Assembly: GCA_010093605.1 (NCBI GenBank)
Contig: MU004187.1
Span: 1,912,882-1,976,881 of the forward strand
DNA length: 64,000 bases
Reading direction: 5' to 3'
Origin: Lophium mytilinum
Taxonomy: Eukaryota
The notes beneath the pieces are model-generated. The model saw nothing but the letters and a program-made list of their open reading frames with translations. It searched no databases and had not been told where the DNA came from. Of the stretch, positions 1 through 12,386 are shown in pieces; within the stretch, counting starts at the first letter, position 1, and the number at the start of each line of letters is the position of its first letter. The position numbers and the translations under genes were made by a program.

Positions 1-468
1 TTGGGTCTACCAGTTTGCCAGCGACGATGTCGATGACCTCGTTGTGGATTCTCTCGAGTTGTGCATGCCTCTCCTTTTCTCCGACTTGGAGCTCGCCCTT
101 GTTCAGTATTTCGAGTATGATGTCGTTCATCGGTGTCTTTGCTCCAAAGGACTTCGCGAGGTCCTGGTGCGGTGCGGCTTGGCCTTTGCTGACTGAGAGA
201 AAGACATTGGGGATCTGGAGGACATTGTCGAGGTCCTTTTCTATGCCGCTCCTCCATTCGAGGACCTTGTTCTTGTAGCAGGCTATCTCGTAACGCTTCT
301 TCCCTGACCAGGAATTAGAAGTGAACATCAAGAAGTATAGAACTGTTCTTACCCTTCTTCATCCGCACCAGAGACACATTTGTGAGCTTAATCTGGTTGG
401 AAGGCTAACAGTGTCAGCTGGATAGACACAAGGAATGAGGTGCTATCTAATACCTGATTGATAGGCAT
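1..468 (-). CDS. SDO1: Ribosome maturation factor Sdo1/SBDS, 5' part (continues off the window start)
   Basis: Spliced translation (introns 405-453, 304-352) reads MPINQ|PSNQIKLTNVSLVRMKKG|KKRYEIACYKNKVLEWRSGIEKDLDNVLQIPNVFLSVSKGQ...ILNKGELQVGEKER, the SBDS N-terminal domain. Not in the ORF track. Confidence 0.95.
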
Positions 469-1096
469 TATGAATGGTTTCTCTTGTGTTAATTGTATTG
501 TATCTGTGAGATGGGATGACTTTTGGTGGGGTGAAAATAGAGAGGGGTACTACTGTTCACTGGGCGCGTCACAAGGCTCTCCGCTGGCACTCTGCAGGAG
601 CGACTGACTCACAATACCTACCTACTACTGTACTAAACTCGCTCGGAAACTACAGTCTAGACTTCCGCTACTATCGACACGGACAGGTGCAACTCAGACA
701 GCGTGCGTGCCATCGGGGTAGGCAGGTGAAACAACTCGATGCCTGGTCTGCCTGGTCGCGTTCCTGACCAAGGCAGGGCAGCGAGTCAGGCACCATCTTT
801 GGTGGCTGGGGGTCACGAGTCGGGCTTAGCAGCTTCCCGATAAGCGGCCATCGGCCATCGGCGGCGGCGTCATCATCTGGTTGCCTTTGACAACACCTTC
901 CATCTCTTATCCATCCTCATCCTCTCCATACACTCTTCCCATCCATCTTGCCCATTCTCCACTGTGCTCTTCATCATCTGAGGGGCTCCATTGTACACGT
1001 TTCTTTCACACATCCATCCTGATCGTTTCCAAGAGAGCTCCCAGCTGCCAGCGTTTAGAGCTCCGGAAGCTCCCCTAGCCGCCCATCGCCACCATC

Positions 1097-2826
1097 ATGA
1101 AGGTCGCGGCATCGTCTCTGCTCATCGGAGCAGCTTCTGCGGCTCTCATGCCGCAGCAGCAGCCTCTTCAGCTCCCCAAGGTCCTCACTGAGTCGACAAA
1201 GGAGTCATGGCTGAAGCCACTGCACAACCTAGAGGAGTCACTGAAGTCTCTCTCCGCCGACGCACGCGCCGTCTGGGACGAGGTTGCCTTGATGTTCCCC
1301 CAGTCGTTCGAGCAGGCCAACTTCTTTTCGCCGTCGAAGCCACACACACGCAAGCCTGACACGCATTGGGATCACATCATCAAGGGTGCTGATGTCCAGA
1401 GCGTGTGGGTTGAGAACGCCAACGGCGAGAAGGAGAGGGACGTTGATGGAAGGCTGGAAAGCTACAATCTCCGGACCAAGAAGGTCGACCCCAAGGCGCT
1501 GAATGTCGATAAGGTCAAGCAGTACAGCGGCTACCTCGACGATGAGGAAGACGACAAGCATCTATTTTACTGTATGTATACCATCAAACATCCAGTAGTA
1601 TCATGCTAACAATGCTGTTAGGGTTCTTCGAGTCTCGAAATGACCCCAAGAACGACCCCGTGGTTCTCTGGTTGAATGGTGGCCCAGGCTGCTCGTCCCT
1701 TACCGGCCTGTTCATGGAACTCGGCCCCTCCTCCATCAACAAGAAGGTCGAAACTGTATACAATGACTACTCCTGGAACAGCAATGCTTCAGTCATCTTC
1801 TTGGATCAGCCCGTCAATGTTGGATTCTCCTACTCTGGTGGGTCAGTGAGCAATACTGTTGCTGCAGGCAAGGATGTCTATGCGCTCCTCACCCTGTTCT
1901 TCAAGCAGTTCCCCGAGTATGCTACTCAGGACTTCCACATTGCTGGCGAGTCGTATGCCGGCCATTACATCCCAGTCTTCACTTCCGAGATCCTGTCCCA
2001 CAAGAAGACCAACATCAACCTCAAGTCGGTCCTCATTGGCAACGGTCTTACCGATGGTCTTACGCAGTACGAATACTACAAGCCAATGGCTTGCGGTGAC
2101 GGAGGATGGCCCGCTGTTCTCGATGAGAGCGAATGCCAGGCTATGGACAACGCCTACCCCCGCTGTGCCAACTTGATCCAGCAATGTTACGACTCCGAGA
2201 GCGTCTGGTCTTGTGTTCCTGCTTCGATCTACTGCAACAACGCCATGATTGGCCCCTACCAACGCACTGGCCAGAACGTCTACGATGTCCGCGGCAAATG
2301 CGAGGGTGGCAGTCTGTGCTACAACGATCTTGAGTGGATCACCTCCTACCTCAACAAGGCTGAAGTTCAGGAGGCTCTTGGCGCTGAGGTCTCGTCCTAT
2401 GAGAGCTGCAACTTCGACATCAACCGTAACTTCCTCTTCCAGGGTGACTGGATGAAGCCATTCCACCGTCTTGTTCCCGGTATCCTCGAGAAGATCCCCG
2501 TTCTCATCTACGCTGGTGATGCTGACTACATCTGTATGTATCCCCATTTTCAACCATACTACGCAAAGCTAACAATCACAGGCAACTGGCTCGGTAACCA
2601 AGCCTGGGCTGAGGCGCTCGAGTGGCCCGGTCAGAAGGCTTACAACAAGGAGAAGATGGCCGACCTCATCCTTAGCGACTCCGACAAGAAGATTGGTGCA
2701 TTCAAGGCTAGCGGCAACTTCAGCTTCATGCAGCTCCACGCTGGTGGCCACATGGTTCCCCATGACCAACCTGAGGCGAGCTTGGACTTCTTCAACAGGT
2801 GGTTGTCTGGTGAGTTCTGGGCGTGA
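1097..2826 (+). CDS. PRC1: Vacuolar carboxypeptidase Y (serine carboxypeptidase S10)
   Basis: Signal peptide plus propeptide, [10 protein letters not shown], catalytic GESYAG and GHMVP motifs; introns 1572-1621 and 2534-2581. Confidence 0.96.
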
Positions 2827-3487
2827 AAACCTAATGAATTATTTTTATAGGCTCGCTTTGGAAAGGAAAGGTTGGAGGGATTGATGGACTGTGAGTTTCG
2901 AGTACTGAGGTTCCTACGAGTCCTTGAGATTTTCGATGTCTGAATGATTATCACGCTTGTCCAGTGTGAGATTGGAAGAAATTAAATTCGTTAAATCTAC
3001 TTGCATCTTTCCATGCTCTCCACGTTTATTTGTACGCGATGTGCTGTTGACGGAGAACTGATCTCACCAAACTCCATTTCCATTTCCGAACAGGATTATA
3101 TGAGGTGTGACATCGAGCAAGGACTAAGAGGACTTGAGCTCGCGGTGGTACCAATCTGAGCGTGGGATTAAGAATGGGTATGTTCCTATGTTCCGTGACC
3201 CTGAGAAACTGCTAAGCTCAGCAAGTGGAAAGCTTGTTTCATTGGAGCACGAAGAGGTATCTTTGGCGCTGCACCGCGAAATGTTGTCAAGAGTTCCCGG
3301 GTCGTTACTATTTCGCCCAATCGGTCAAATGCAATCAAAGATTCAGTTTTGGAGCAGGTTTGTATAACTATGCAGTGCGTCATCATTTAGACCTCGAGGC
3401 ACACTTATATTGTGAAGGCGGAAGATGGAATCTGGGCACAGTGGAAGCACTTTTTCACATCTCGCATCTACCAACTCGTTGGCCATA

Positions 3488-4340
3488 ATGCCTACCTACG
3501 CGCTACTCGGTGCCACCGGTTCAACAGGCAGCGCCGTCATCCGGCATCTCAACGCTCCTCCTCCAGCAAATCTCTCACTGAACATCTACGTCCGTTCAAA
3601 GACAAGCTCCTATCACAGCACCCGGATATCTCAGGCAGGAGCAACTACATAATCACCGAGGGAACCCTATCTGACACCACTGCACTACAAACGTGTTTGA
3701 GGGGTGCCGATGTCATCATTTGCTGCCCGGCTCCCAGCTTTGCTGGCTCTGGTCTCTCATACCATTGCTCTGGTCCACCAATTAAGGAGTCATAGGAAGT
3801 TCGATAGGTCGGCCGTAGATGCACCGTGAGATGGGACATAGATATTCCGCTTAAAAACAGGTATTCTCACAATTCTATCGGAATCAACGAAACCATGCCA
3901 GACATGAGCATCGCGCAAGACAGCGCGAACGCAATCATCAGTGCTTTAAGCTCTATCCCAGGGGAAACCGCCGCGTCGTAGAAGCCGCCTACGGCAATCG
4001 TTCTCAGCTCCGTGTCTGTGAACAAGAAGTTTACCGGCCCGCAACCAGCTCTTGCGCGGAGTTTGCTCCATTTCTCGCAATACTACAACTACCATGACCT
4101 GGAGCTTGCGCAAGGTCTGTACGAGGAGGCTGCGTCGGTAGGCCTTCTGGAGTTCATTTTTGCTCAGCTGGGCGCGATTATGGATGCGGAGGGCACTGCG
4201 AAGACGGGGCATTGTTTGAGTAGCGAGCCGTTCATTGGAACGATTTCGTATTCGGATCTTGGAGCAGGGTTTTGCGAGCTGGCTGAGAGGAGGCATGAGT
4301 TTAGGGGTGTAGAAGTTTGTATCATGGCTACTGGTGATTT
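3488..4340 (+). pseudogene. Decayed AvfA-like NAD(P)-binding oxidoreductase
   Basis: MPTYALLGATGSTGSAVIRHL...YVRSK, then a frameshift near 3599, a 150-nt interruption at 3727-3876 and an in-frame TAG at 3979-3981. Later segments (AQDSANAII, DAEGTAKTGHCL, ISYSDLGAGFCELAERRHEFRG..ATG) are collinear with my recollection of AvfA. Confidence 0.8.
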
Positions 4341-4714
4341 AGATTCGCTTGAATCGCTACAATATCTACCACGTCTGGTGGATCAATGTGGGACATCACA
4401 TCCGACCTCAACAACTAAATTTAAGCTGGAAACATTAATCGACAATACGGCATTATTTGAAGAGGAAACTAAGCAAAATAAGCTGAACAACAAAATACGC
4501 CGGCATCCTTTGAGCGCTTGCATATACTAAGCAAATGCATCCCGAAACACCATGCCTACATACACCCAGTTCTTCCTTACTCAAATATCCCTGGGCACAT
4601 AGACACGCCACATATCCTGCACATACATTACAATGTCCGATTCGAATGCGCCGACTTGCTCCATTGGAAGCTCCAGATCAGATTTCCTAATACTCCATAT
4701 CTTTGTTCAAAACG

Positions 4715-5087
4715 TTACACGCTAGCCCACGCTATCTGCTGCTGTCGCGTCTCGTCATAAGGCGATTGAACAGGCCACTCGAGGTACGTAGGGCGGTAAA
4801 CAGAGGGCAAGGAAGCGCGCTCAATACCAGTTGCGTGGGTGGTATCCTCCGATGGGAATGTTGATGTGAGTTCGATGTCTGGCTCCCTTGAAACACGTCG
4901 GACTGTGTTTTGTCAGTATCACGTGATATAATACACCAGCCAATCAGTGTTTACCTCCTCTCCTGCCTCCACGCCTGATTATTTTCATGACGAGACTGCC
5001 AACGGATTTCTTATATCGAATTGCTGCAATGGTCGCAACCAAAGTCAAGGCACCGAATACGATAGTGAGGGAAGAATCGAGTTTCAT
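4715..5087 (-). CDS. Small (106 aa) hypothetical protein with an N-terminal hydrophobic helix
   Basis: ATG 5087, 52-nt intron 4903-4954 (GTAAAC...CTGAC...CAG) that restores the frame, TAA 4715. Reads MKLDSSLTIVFGALTLVATIAAIRYKKSVG...QIAWASV. Confidence 0.6.
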
Positions 5088-6903
5088 GTCGATCTGTTGT
5101 TTCTTGGTGATGGCTACAAAGGTCGGCTAGGACTGCTAGTTCGGCTAAAGATTCTCTTTAGAAGTGTGGAAGGAGTCGAGGATTTAGCGGAGTAGGTTTG
5201 AGATGCGTAGGTTGAGATGTCCGGGAGGCTTAGAAGAAGAGAGTCGCGCTCGCTAAAAATGCAAACAACCGCGAGGCTGAGATTGTCACCCCCAACACAG
5301 ATGTAATATACTCTGGAGAACCACACCACCACGGTATATAAGTAAGAAAAGCACAGAAGTAAACTAGAATAGCACTCCCTTTCACATCTGGCCCTTTTCT
5401 CGAATTTAATTCTAAGATTGTGTGGTTCTGTAGCGTAAAGTACATTTGTGTAGGGGGCACGAATTGGCGTACCGAGGTGAGTGCGACAAAAAGTGTACGA
5501 CAAAAGGTCTATGACCTGCTAGAGGTAACTTTTAAATAATAAGTATCTTTGATAATAGCTTCTCTTGTGGAGATCAACATGAGCGGTGATGCTAATCTCC
5601 TCAATTTTCGAAGTGTTCAGTTCACAGGCAAGTTAATCGGTTGAGAGTCTTGCATCCATGATCACTTATTGAGTAATGGAGCAGACTCGGTCTCCTTTTT
5701 CAAAATTTCTATTAGAACTATAATCTATTAAGCTTAAGGGACGCAGATGGTATGATAGTCGCTAGCACTTAGGAGACCTAAAATATAGATACTAACTAAG
5801 TATAGTATCTACTAGCGCAATTACATTGTCTAAGGTAAGAAGCAATACCTAGTCATTCGCGTCACAATGTATAGCCATACCACAGCAAAGTATTATAGTT
5901 GTAGTCACTATGCAGCTTCAAAGCCTCCTCGAATTGATACTGAGCCTCCTCTCCCGCCTTCCTCCCAATCCGCCAGCCATTTCATGTAAAAGGGCGCCAG
6001 TATCCGTGCAAGCACTTGAGACAGTCGAGATGCCCACATGTGGTGCAATAGGGCCAGTTGGCCCCTTCCTGGCTCGACATCTTACCACACGTGCAGCACT
6101 TCCAACCGGGTTTGTTGGCCATTTGTGGAGTACTATATCGGGGTTGAGCAATGCTTGTGTGCTGGGTGGTTGCTTAGCGACCACGATGATTGACTTGTTC
6201 AGATTTAAGATATATATGAAAGAGAATCTGTGATGCGGGATATGCTTTCTCAGCTTCGTGGTTGGGTATAGTAGATGGTTTCAATAATTCTGTGAGAAAG
6301 AGAGTAGAGGGGCGGTTTAAGATTTCAATACATGTATGTTTACCTTAGGCTCTGGATATGACAGCGCGGCAGACAGCTCGCGATACTGCGTGTTGACTGC
6401 GCGCTTCAAGACAGCATGCCAACAACGAGGATAGTGAATGAGTACTCATTGTCATACGCCAACGGAGTCGTAGAAGAGGTGTCATTTCCTCGAATAGTAC
6501 GCAATGCGCAATGTTGAAAGTGGTACTTGAGAGTGTCAGCGCGCCAATTTAGCTAAAATCGCAGAAGTTACTCGTTTGAAGTTTCCATATGCAGGATTCG
6601 AATAGGAACTATGAGACTATGGAGACCTTGAGACTCAAGGAGACATATCCACGCCGGGATATTTAGACTCTCCGTGTTGAACGCCAGAAACCGATGAGAG
6701 AGCCTCCCTAAACCTCCTCCATAAAGTGAGGATTTTGATAACCCGAAGAGAACCTCTATCAAACCAGTCCCTAGTTTAAACAAGAATGAAAAAAGAGAAA
6801 GGGAAGAATGAAGAGAGAATGGTACAGCAGTGACCGTGCTCGTTTAGAGAGTCACTGCCGCACCAGGAAAACCCAAAAAAAGCCAGCAACCACAAGATTA
6901 GAC

Positions 6904-7938
6904 CTATGCAGTCCGATGCAACTCTTTCGAGCTCTTGCGATCGAGTCTTTTGTTCACTGATCCCAAGACTACCTTCAAAATACCTTCCGCATTCAGCTCT
7001 GAGTCGCCGACGCCGGTGTAGGGAACGGTGTCAACAATATCTCTAAGGTCATCATCCCCAGCGATGGCAGCAAGCTCATCATCGAGGGACTTTAGGTGCT
7101 CCTTTGCACCCGGTTCCTTGCCGACCTGGAAAAACTGGATGCCGACCTGCCACGCTGGCGCATCAAGCTTGTCGAGACGCTTGGCTGCGTGGATGATGAC
7201 GCTCTCGACATCGTCACTCGGCTCGCCGTCCGTGATGACGATGATGTTGACTGGCTTGGTAGTCTCGGGGTTGGCGGTGTAGCGCTGGAGATAGGGGCGT
7301 AGAATCGAATTCAAGCGCTGGCCAGTGGGTGTGCCGCCACCGGGACGCACCGAGGTGAAAATCTCAGTGACGGTGCTGGGGAGAACAACATTGTGGTAGT
7401 ATTGATTGTCTGCTTTGTTCAGGAAGTAGATATCAATACCGTCTGCGTCGTGGGCAGTACATATGGGGGTGATGGTCTCGAGGGCCTTTCCGGTTTCGCG
7501 CCATGAGCGGCCAGCCATGCTACCTGAGTCGTCGATCAAGAAGATCGTGTCAAAGGAGCTTAGGAAGGCGTAGCGATCGTCGGCTAGCATAGGGCGGTTG
7601 GTGCCGAGTTCGACGGGAGCGGGCGCCATTGGGGCTGCATTGGAGGCAGGAGAATACGCCGGAGGTGGCTCATTCGAAGGTGTAGTGAAGGCGTTCATGC
7701 CCGCACGATCTGAGAACATAGGTGAGTGGGAGGTCGTAGAACACTCCTCGAATTGCTTACCTGGGCGCCGGGTTGCTGGGGAAAATGAGGTTAAGGGGTT
7801 GTTGGTAGGCGGTAGCGGCGCCATGCTGTTTCGTGACACTGACTTGGAGCTGAGGATGGTTGATTGTCTTGACGTGTTGGTTGAGGATAGGGGATTTGAG
7901 TCCTTGCGCGAGAGCTTCTTGCGGAGGCTGCCAAACAT
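6904..7938 (-). CDS. von Willebrand factor A (vWA) domain protein
   Basis: MIDAS motif FLIDDSGSM, GGTP, IIVITDGEPSD and GIQFFQVG; probable 51-nt intron 7710-7760; alternative upstream ATG at 8043. Confidence 0.88.
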   Translation of the reverse strand: MFGSLRKKLSRKDSNPLSSTNTSRQSTILSSKSVSRNSMAPLPPTNNPLTSFSPATRRPGKQFEECSTTSHSPMFSDRAGMNAFTTPSNEPPPAYSPASNAAPMAPAPVELGTNRPMLADDRYAFLSSFDTIFLIDDSGSMAGRSWRETGKALETITPICTAHDADGIDIYFLNKADNQYYHNVVLPSTVTEIFTSVRPGGGTPTGQRLNSILRPYLQRYTANPETTKPVNIIVITDGEPSDDVESVIIHAAKRLDKLDAPAWQVGIQFFQVGKEPGAKEHLKSLDDELAAIAGDDDLRDIVDTVPYTGVGDSELNAEGILKVVLGSVNKRLDRKSSKELHRTA

Positions 7939-9236
7939 TGTGTGTCCTGAGTCACGACGGTGAGGTGGGGTCCGGTAGGAAGATGGTCCTTCGGTGGATG
8001 TGCTATGTAGTGCAGAAAGAACGTTCTGAACGGATACGGACATGATGCCAAGTGAATAGCAAACTAATAGATCACAAGACTTTCAAACCGTGGGTGGCAA
8101 GATTCACTGGAAGTTTGGTATGATGATGATGATAATGATCTGGATGCCATTGATATGAGTGCCAACCTTTATAATTATCCTCCCAAGGCGCATCGCCTAG
8201 ACGTGGAGTAAACAGAAAAGCAGCCTTGAAGGCCGCCTCAACATAGCCGTGGTGTGCTTCAGGACACTCATACTTTTAAAAGGGGGGCGCGGTTCGCCAT
8301 CCGCCGTTTCGGTTTGTGCTCAGGCTGTGAAGTGTCCTGAGTACGGACATTTGGGTGGCTAGCCTTACGAGGCAGTGTTGAGGCGCAGCAGCAGGCCCTG
8401 ATCACGGGGAGGTCGCCAAGTCGGCCTTCCACGGCTCTCGCGCGCGCCAAATAACTGTACCGCCGCGGTCATTCTACTTCTTGAGTCTAGTGCCCCATAT
8501 CACGCCTCTTGGGCTATGTTATTCGCCCCCTAATCGCGGCATTGCAATCGCTATCGCTTGTCAAAGATCTCGACAGCGGCAAAACCTCACTGCCCTGTGC
8601 TAAGGCATACTTCAAGGGCAAGACAATTAGGTGTTAGCGCTGAATCCTCGTGTCAGCCAATGAAGTGGGCCCTTCCCTTTGAGGGAATGATAATACGACA
8701 CACGTTTCGAAAAGTAACGTGGCAGTATTGGTGGTGGTAAGGCAGCTTAGAAGGCGGCCTCATGGACCATTTAGCGAATCGGAACTAATGCCATAGACCA
8801 GGGGTTAGTATTGACTGATTTCTTCTATCAAAGGTATGGTAAGGCATCTTAGTGTCAAGATGTTGCGCGAAGAATGGCGAAACGCAAGATTATCTATAGT
8901 CTTTGAGACGATTGAAATCTTGGAAATGCGAGTCTATCGACCCTCCTCCATTCGATTTTCCGAAGAATACAATCCGCCGGGACGTAGATGGCTCGACTGT
9001 GTCATGCCAAGCGGGAACCACAATCTCAACCATGGGAGAGCAGTTCCCGATAGACGGCACGTGCGAATGTAGTGCTTACGCAACGATCTGCGTTCTAGAA
9101 GTTTATTTGAGGACACGAGTTCAAAGATGAGTCTTTAAGACATGTGTCGACAGAGCAGCTTTGGAGCTTTGATTGTGTGGCCGTGTCTGAAGAGTAGTAG
9201 CCCCGCGACCCTTTCCTTCGTACCTAGCTGCAATAA

Positions 9237-10558
9237 TCAATAACTGCTGGCAGTCCAATCCCTTTCCACGGCCATGAACATATCCCGAACGACAAGATGC
9301 CTGTTCAAACAGCTGTTCTGCGATACCCGGCGCTCTTTCCGGTTACCCTGAGAGATTGGTCCTTTGGTTGTCGATGTCAACCTGGATCGAGTCCATATCA
9401 AGGGGCGCTTGGCTTCGGACCAAGCATACTGTGCCCTGTTGTTATTCCAGCAATCGGCACATACACCGATATCTATGCTTCCAGCATCGAGGCAGAGCAG
9501 ATTTTGGATGTGGTCCAGAAGCGGAAGCAGCCGGCTGCGAAGTCCGCAATGAGCGTGATTTCGATCAATCTGGTATGAGGAGCATTGGCGCAAAGACTCT
9601 AGAAGACGATCTATATCCCCGGCATACAATGGAGGAGCCTCTGTATCATAGATAGTCCCTTGGAGACGAAGAGTACCGAGTCTGATGAAGAACCGGATCA
9701 TTTCGCCTAGTTGAAAGGAGTCACATTGTATGGACGAATCGTATCCTAGCTTGCATTGACGTTCCCCAGACGTGTAAAGCTTGAGAAAGTGTGCCTGGAG
9801 TGAGTTGATAGTTTCCAGTATGTACTCGCGCCGAGTGATCATCTCATCTGCACGCCGTCAGCAATATTCCACCACGAGGAGCTACTAGGCAAACCTTCAA
9901 AGCCACGTGGGATATCCCACCATAAGGCTGCGCCTGGGTCTTCTTCTGCCTGTGGCTTCCACCGAACCGAGTCACTCATGATCAGAGACTTGGAGTATTT
10001 GGTCACCCATGGAGCATGGTCCAATAGTATGCCTATCAGGAGCTTCTGCCTCGTTCGCTCTTCCGTTGTGCCTGGGCTTGCTTTCCCTTTTGTCTTTGCC
10101 TCCAGCATCTGAATGTATTTCTTTCGTTCGACGTATTTGGCGTAGTGAGGAAGGGCATCGAAGCGGTCAGCGACAATGGCTAGGTTGGCTAGGTTGGGCA
10201 CTGGAGGGCTCGCAACAGCAAGATCAAATCCATGCAGTCCGCGAAGGAAATCGGCAACAAGGTTCTTGATGTTGCTGACCTTCGATATCTTCCCAATGTC
10301 GGATATCGCTACTACAGGGAGCACATCTAGTGGAGTCTCCATAATGCTCGTGTACGTTTCTGATATCTTGAGGCTCTTGAGTTCTACTAGAACTCGGGAC
10401 CCTTCGCTGAACCTGTCACTTAACAAGGCCTCGAAGTACCGGGAGTTCTGCTGAAGTGTCGCCGAATGAACTCGATAGAGGAAATGGTCAGGGTTGTCCT
10501 CCTGGCTGATGTCCAGCACAATATCTCCAGCTGGAGCGATGATAGTGGGCTCCGCCAT
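9237..10558 (-). CDS. Fungal BTB/POZ-like domain protein
   Basis: IAPAGDIVL...YRVHSATLQQNSRYFEALL-type BTB start, LAIVADRFD, Cys-rich C-terminus (CKLGYDSSIQCDSFQLG); intron 9848-9894 joins the two ORFs. Confidence 0.8.
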
Positions 10559-10838
10559 GCCGGACGGCGAGGGAGCCTGAAGGAGGATGGCTGAAACAGG
10601 CAATCTCTCACGGATACGGCCAAGCCATGCTGTGGGCTGGTGTTGCAAAGGGAAGCCTGAGGGGAAACGGTGAAAGGTGGCGGTGCAGAGGCGATGATGT
10701 TTGAAGATCGTGACGAGATCACGGCGAAAAGCGCCCGACGCTCGCAACTTCTATCTTAACCACGTTTGGGTTGTATCAGAGAGTGCAGGCTACATTCAAC
10801 AATTGAATCGTGAATATATGATTATGGGGAGTTTTCTG

Positions 10839-10847
10839 ATCTGATAA
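10839..10847 (+). promoter_or_regulatory. Candidate SreA-type GATA site (ATCTGATAA)
   Basis: Exact ATCWGATAA match in the divergent promoter between the BTB-like gene and the dioxygenase gene. Confidence 0.35.
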
Positions 10848-11321
10848 ATCAAATCAATGGGATGCTCATGAATCTGCATTTTCCTATACAAACGCGAATG
10901 CAACAAGTGGAGGATCTTCCTACTAGAGCCATGAAAAGAACAAATAAGATGTAGCTTTTACAAAGATGCTACTGTGTACTGTTTCGCTTGCTTTGAACAT
11001 ACAAGATTCGAATTACAGTATTCATGGATGGCAACTCAAGAATTTACCCCAAGCTACCTACGCACAGATCAACTCCCATGTTTATGAGATGGAACTAATT
11101 CCGCACCCTCCCACGTGCCTCCTTACAAAGACGCTCTCCCTCTCAGCAACCTCAACCTTGCGGCTTCCACGGAGTGCCGGGGACCGAAACAGAATATTCA
11201 AGTCACCAAACCCACCACTAAACCCACAGCTACACTGACTTCATTACAAATAGAGCATACACTGTAAAACTCGGAGCATATCCATCTCCCGATCCTCCAT
11301 CTCTCATACATCCTCCATAAC

Positions 11322-12386
11322 ATGCTCCTCCGCCGACCCTCCTACTTCTTCACCCAACTCCTCAGACTCCCACTTAAACTTACAGCCGCAGAACCCAACC
11401 TCTCTCCAGCTCCTCCGCAAATCCAAAACCCCTTCAACCAACCCCAAATTCAGAACCAAAACTCCTTCAACGACCAACCCACCTTCACACCCAACATGAC
11501 CCACCGCGCCCCCGTCATCTCCATTTCCCACGGCGGCGGCCCCATGCCCATCCTCGGCGACCCCGGCCACGCCGCCATTGTCAAGTCCCTCACCACAAAA
11601 GTCCCCGAGCTTCTCAAAATCGGCACTCCAGAGCAGCCCCGCGCAATCGTCCTCGTCACCGCGCACTGGTCAGAGCGCGTGCCCACCATCTCGAGCGGCA
11701 AGAAGCACAGCCTGTACTACGACTACTCCGGCTTCCCCGCCGAGAGCTACAAGCTGAAGTACGACGCACCAGGGAGTCCGGAGGTAGCGGAGGAGGTGCG
11801 GGCGGCGCTGCAGAAAGTAGGGCTGGAGGGGGAGCTTGATGCGCAGAGAGGTAACGATCTACCCCCGTAGCTGTATCTGCGTTTATGTTGATACGATGTT
11901 AACATTTGGAAAGGCTGGGACCACGGCGTCTTCATCCCCCTCCTCCTAATTCACCCCGCCGCCACCATCCCCATCGTCCAGCTCTCCGTCCTCGCCTCCG
12001 AATCCCCCGCCCAGCACTACCGCATGGGCCAAGCGCTAGCCTCCCTGCGGGACTCCAATGTCGCAATCATCGGCTCTGGGTTTGCGAGCTTCCATAACCT
12101 CCGCTTGATGTTCAGCGGCGCGCTGAACGATAAGAGCTTCAAGACGCGGAATGCGGCGTGGAGCAAAGCGGTCGAGAACGCGGTGTTGGAGAAGGATGAC
12201 GGGGAGCGGGAAAAGGCGCTAGAGGGGTGGAGGAGTTGGCCCGGCGCATTTGAGATGCATCCAAGGGGCGGCGCGGAGCATTTCATGCCGTTGGTTGTTT
12301 GTGCGGGGGCGGGTGGGGAGGGGAAGGGAGAGAGGTGGGTGGATGAGTTTATGGGGCTGGACATGTATAGTTTCTATTGGACGTAG
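11322..12386 (+). CDS. Extradiol ring-cleavage dioxygenase, LigB/DODA type
   Basis: SISHGGGP, VTAHW, YYDYSGFP, RGWDHGVF (across intron 11851-11913), GSGFASFHNL and HPRGGAEHFMPL motifs. The core begins at ATG 11496; the start codon is uncertain. Confidence 0.92.

Noticed and set aside
15..278. 87-aa plus-strand ORF
   Set aside because: Antisense shadow of the SDO1 exon.
5910..6233. Overlapping 107-aa (+) and 88-aa (-) ORFs
   Set aside because: No recognisable motif or splice support, so I cannot tell them from chance ORFs.
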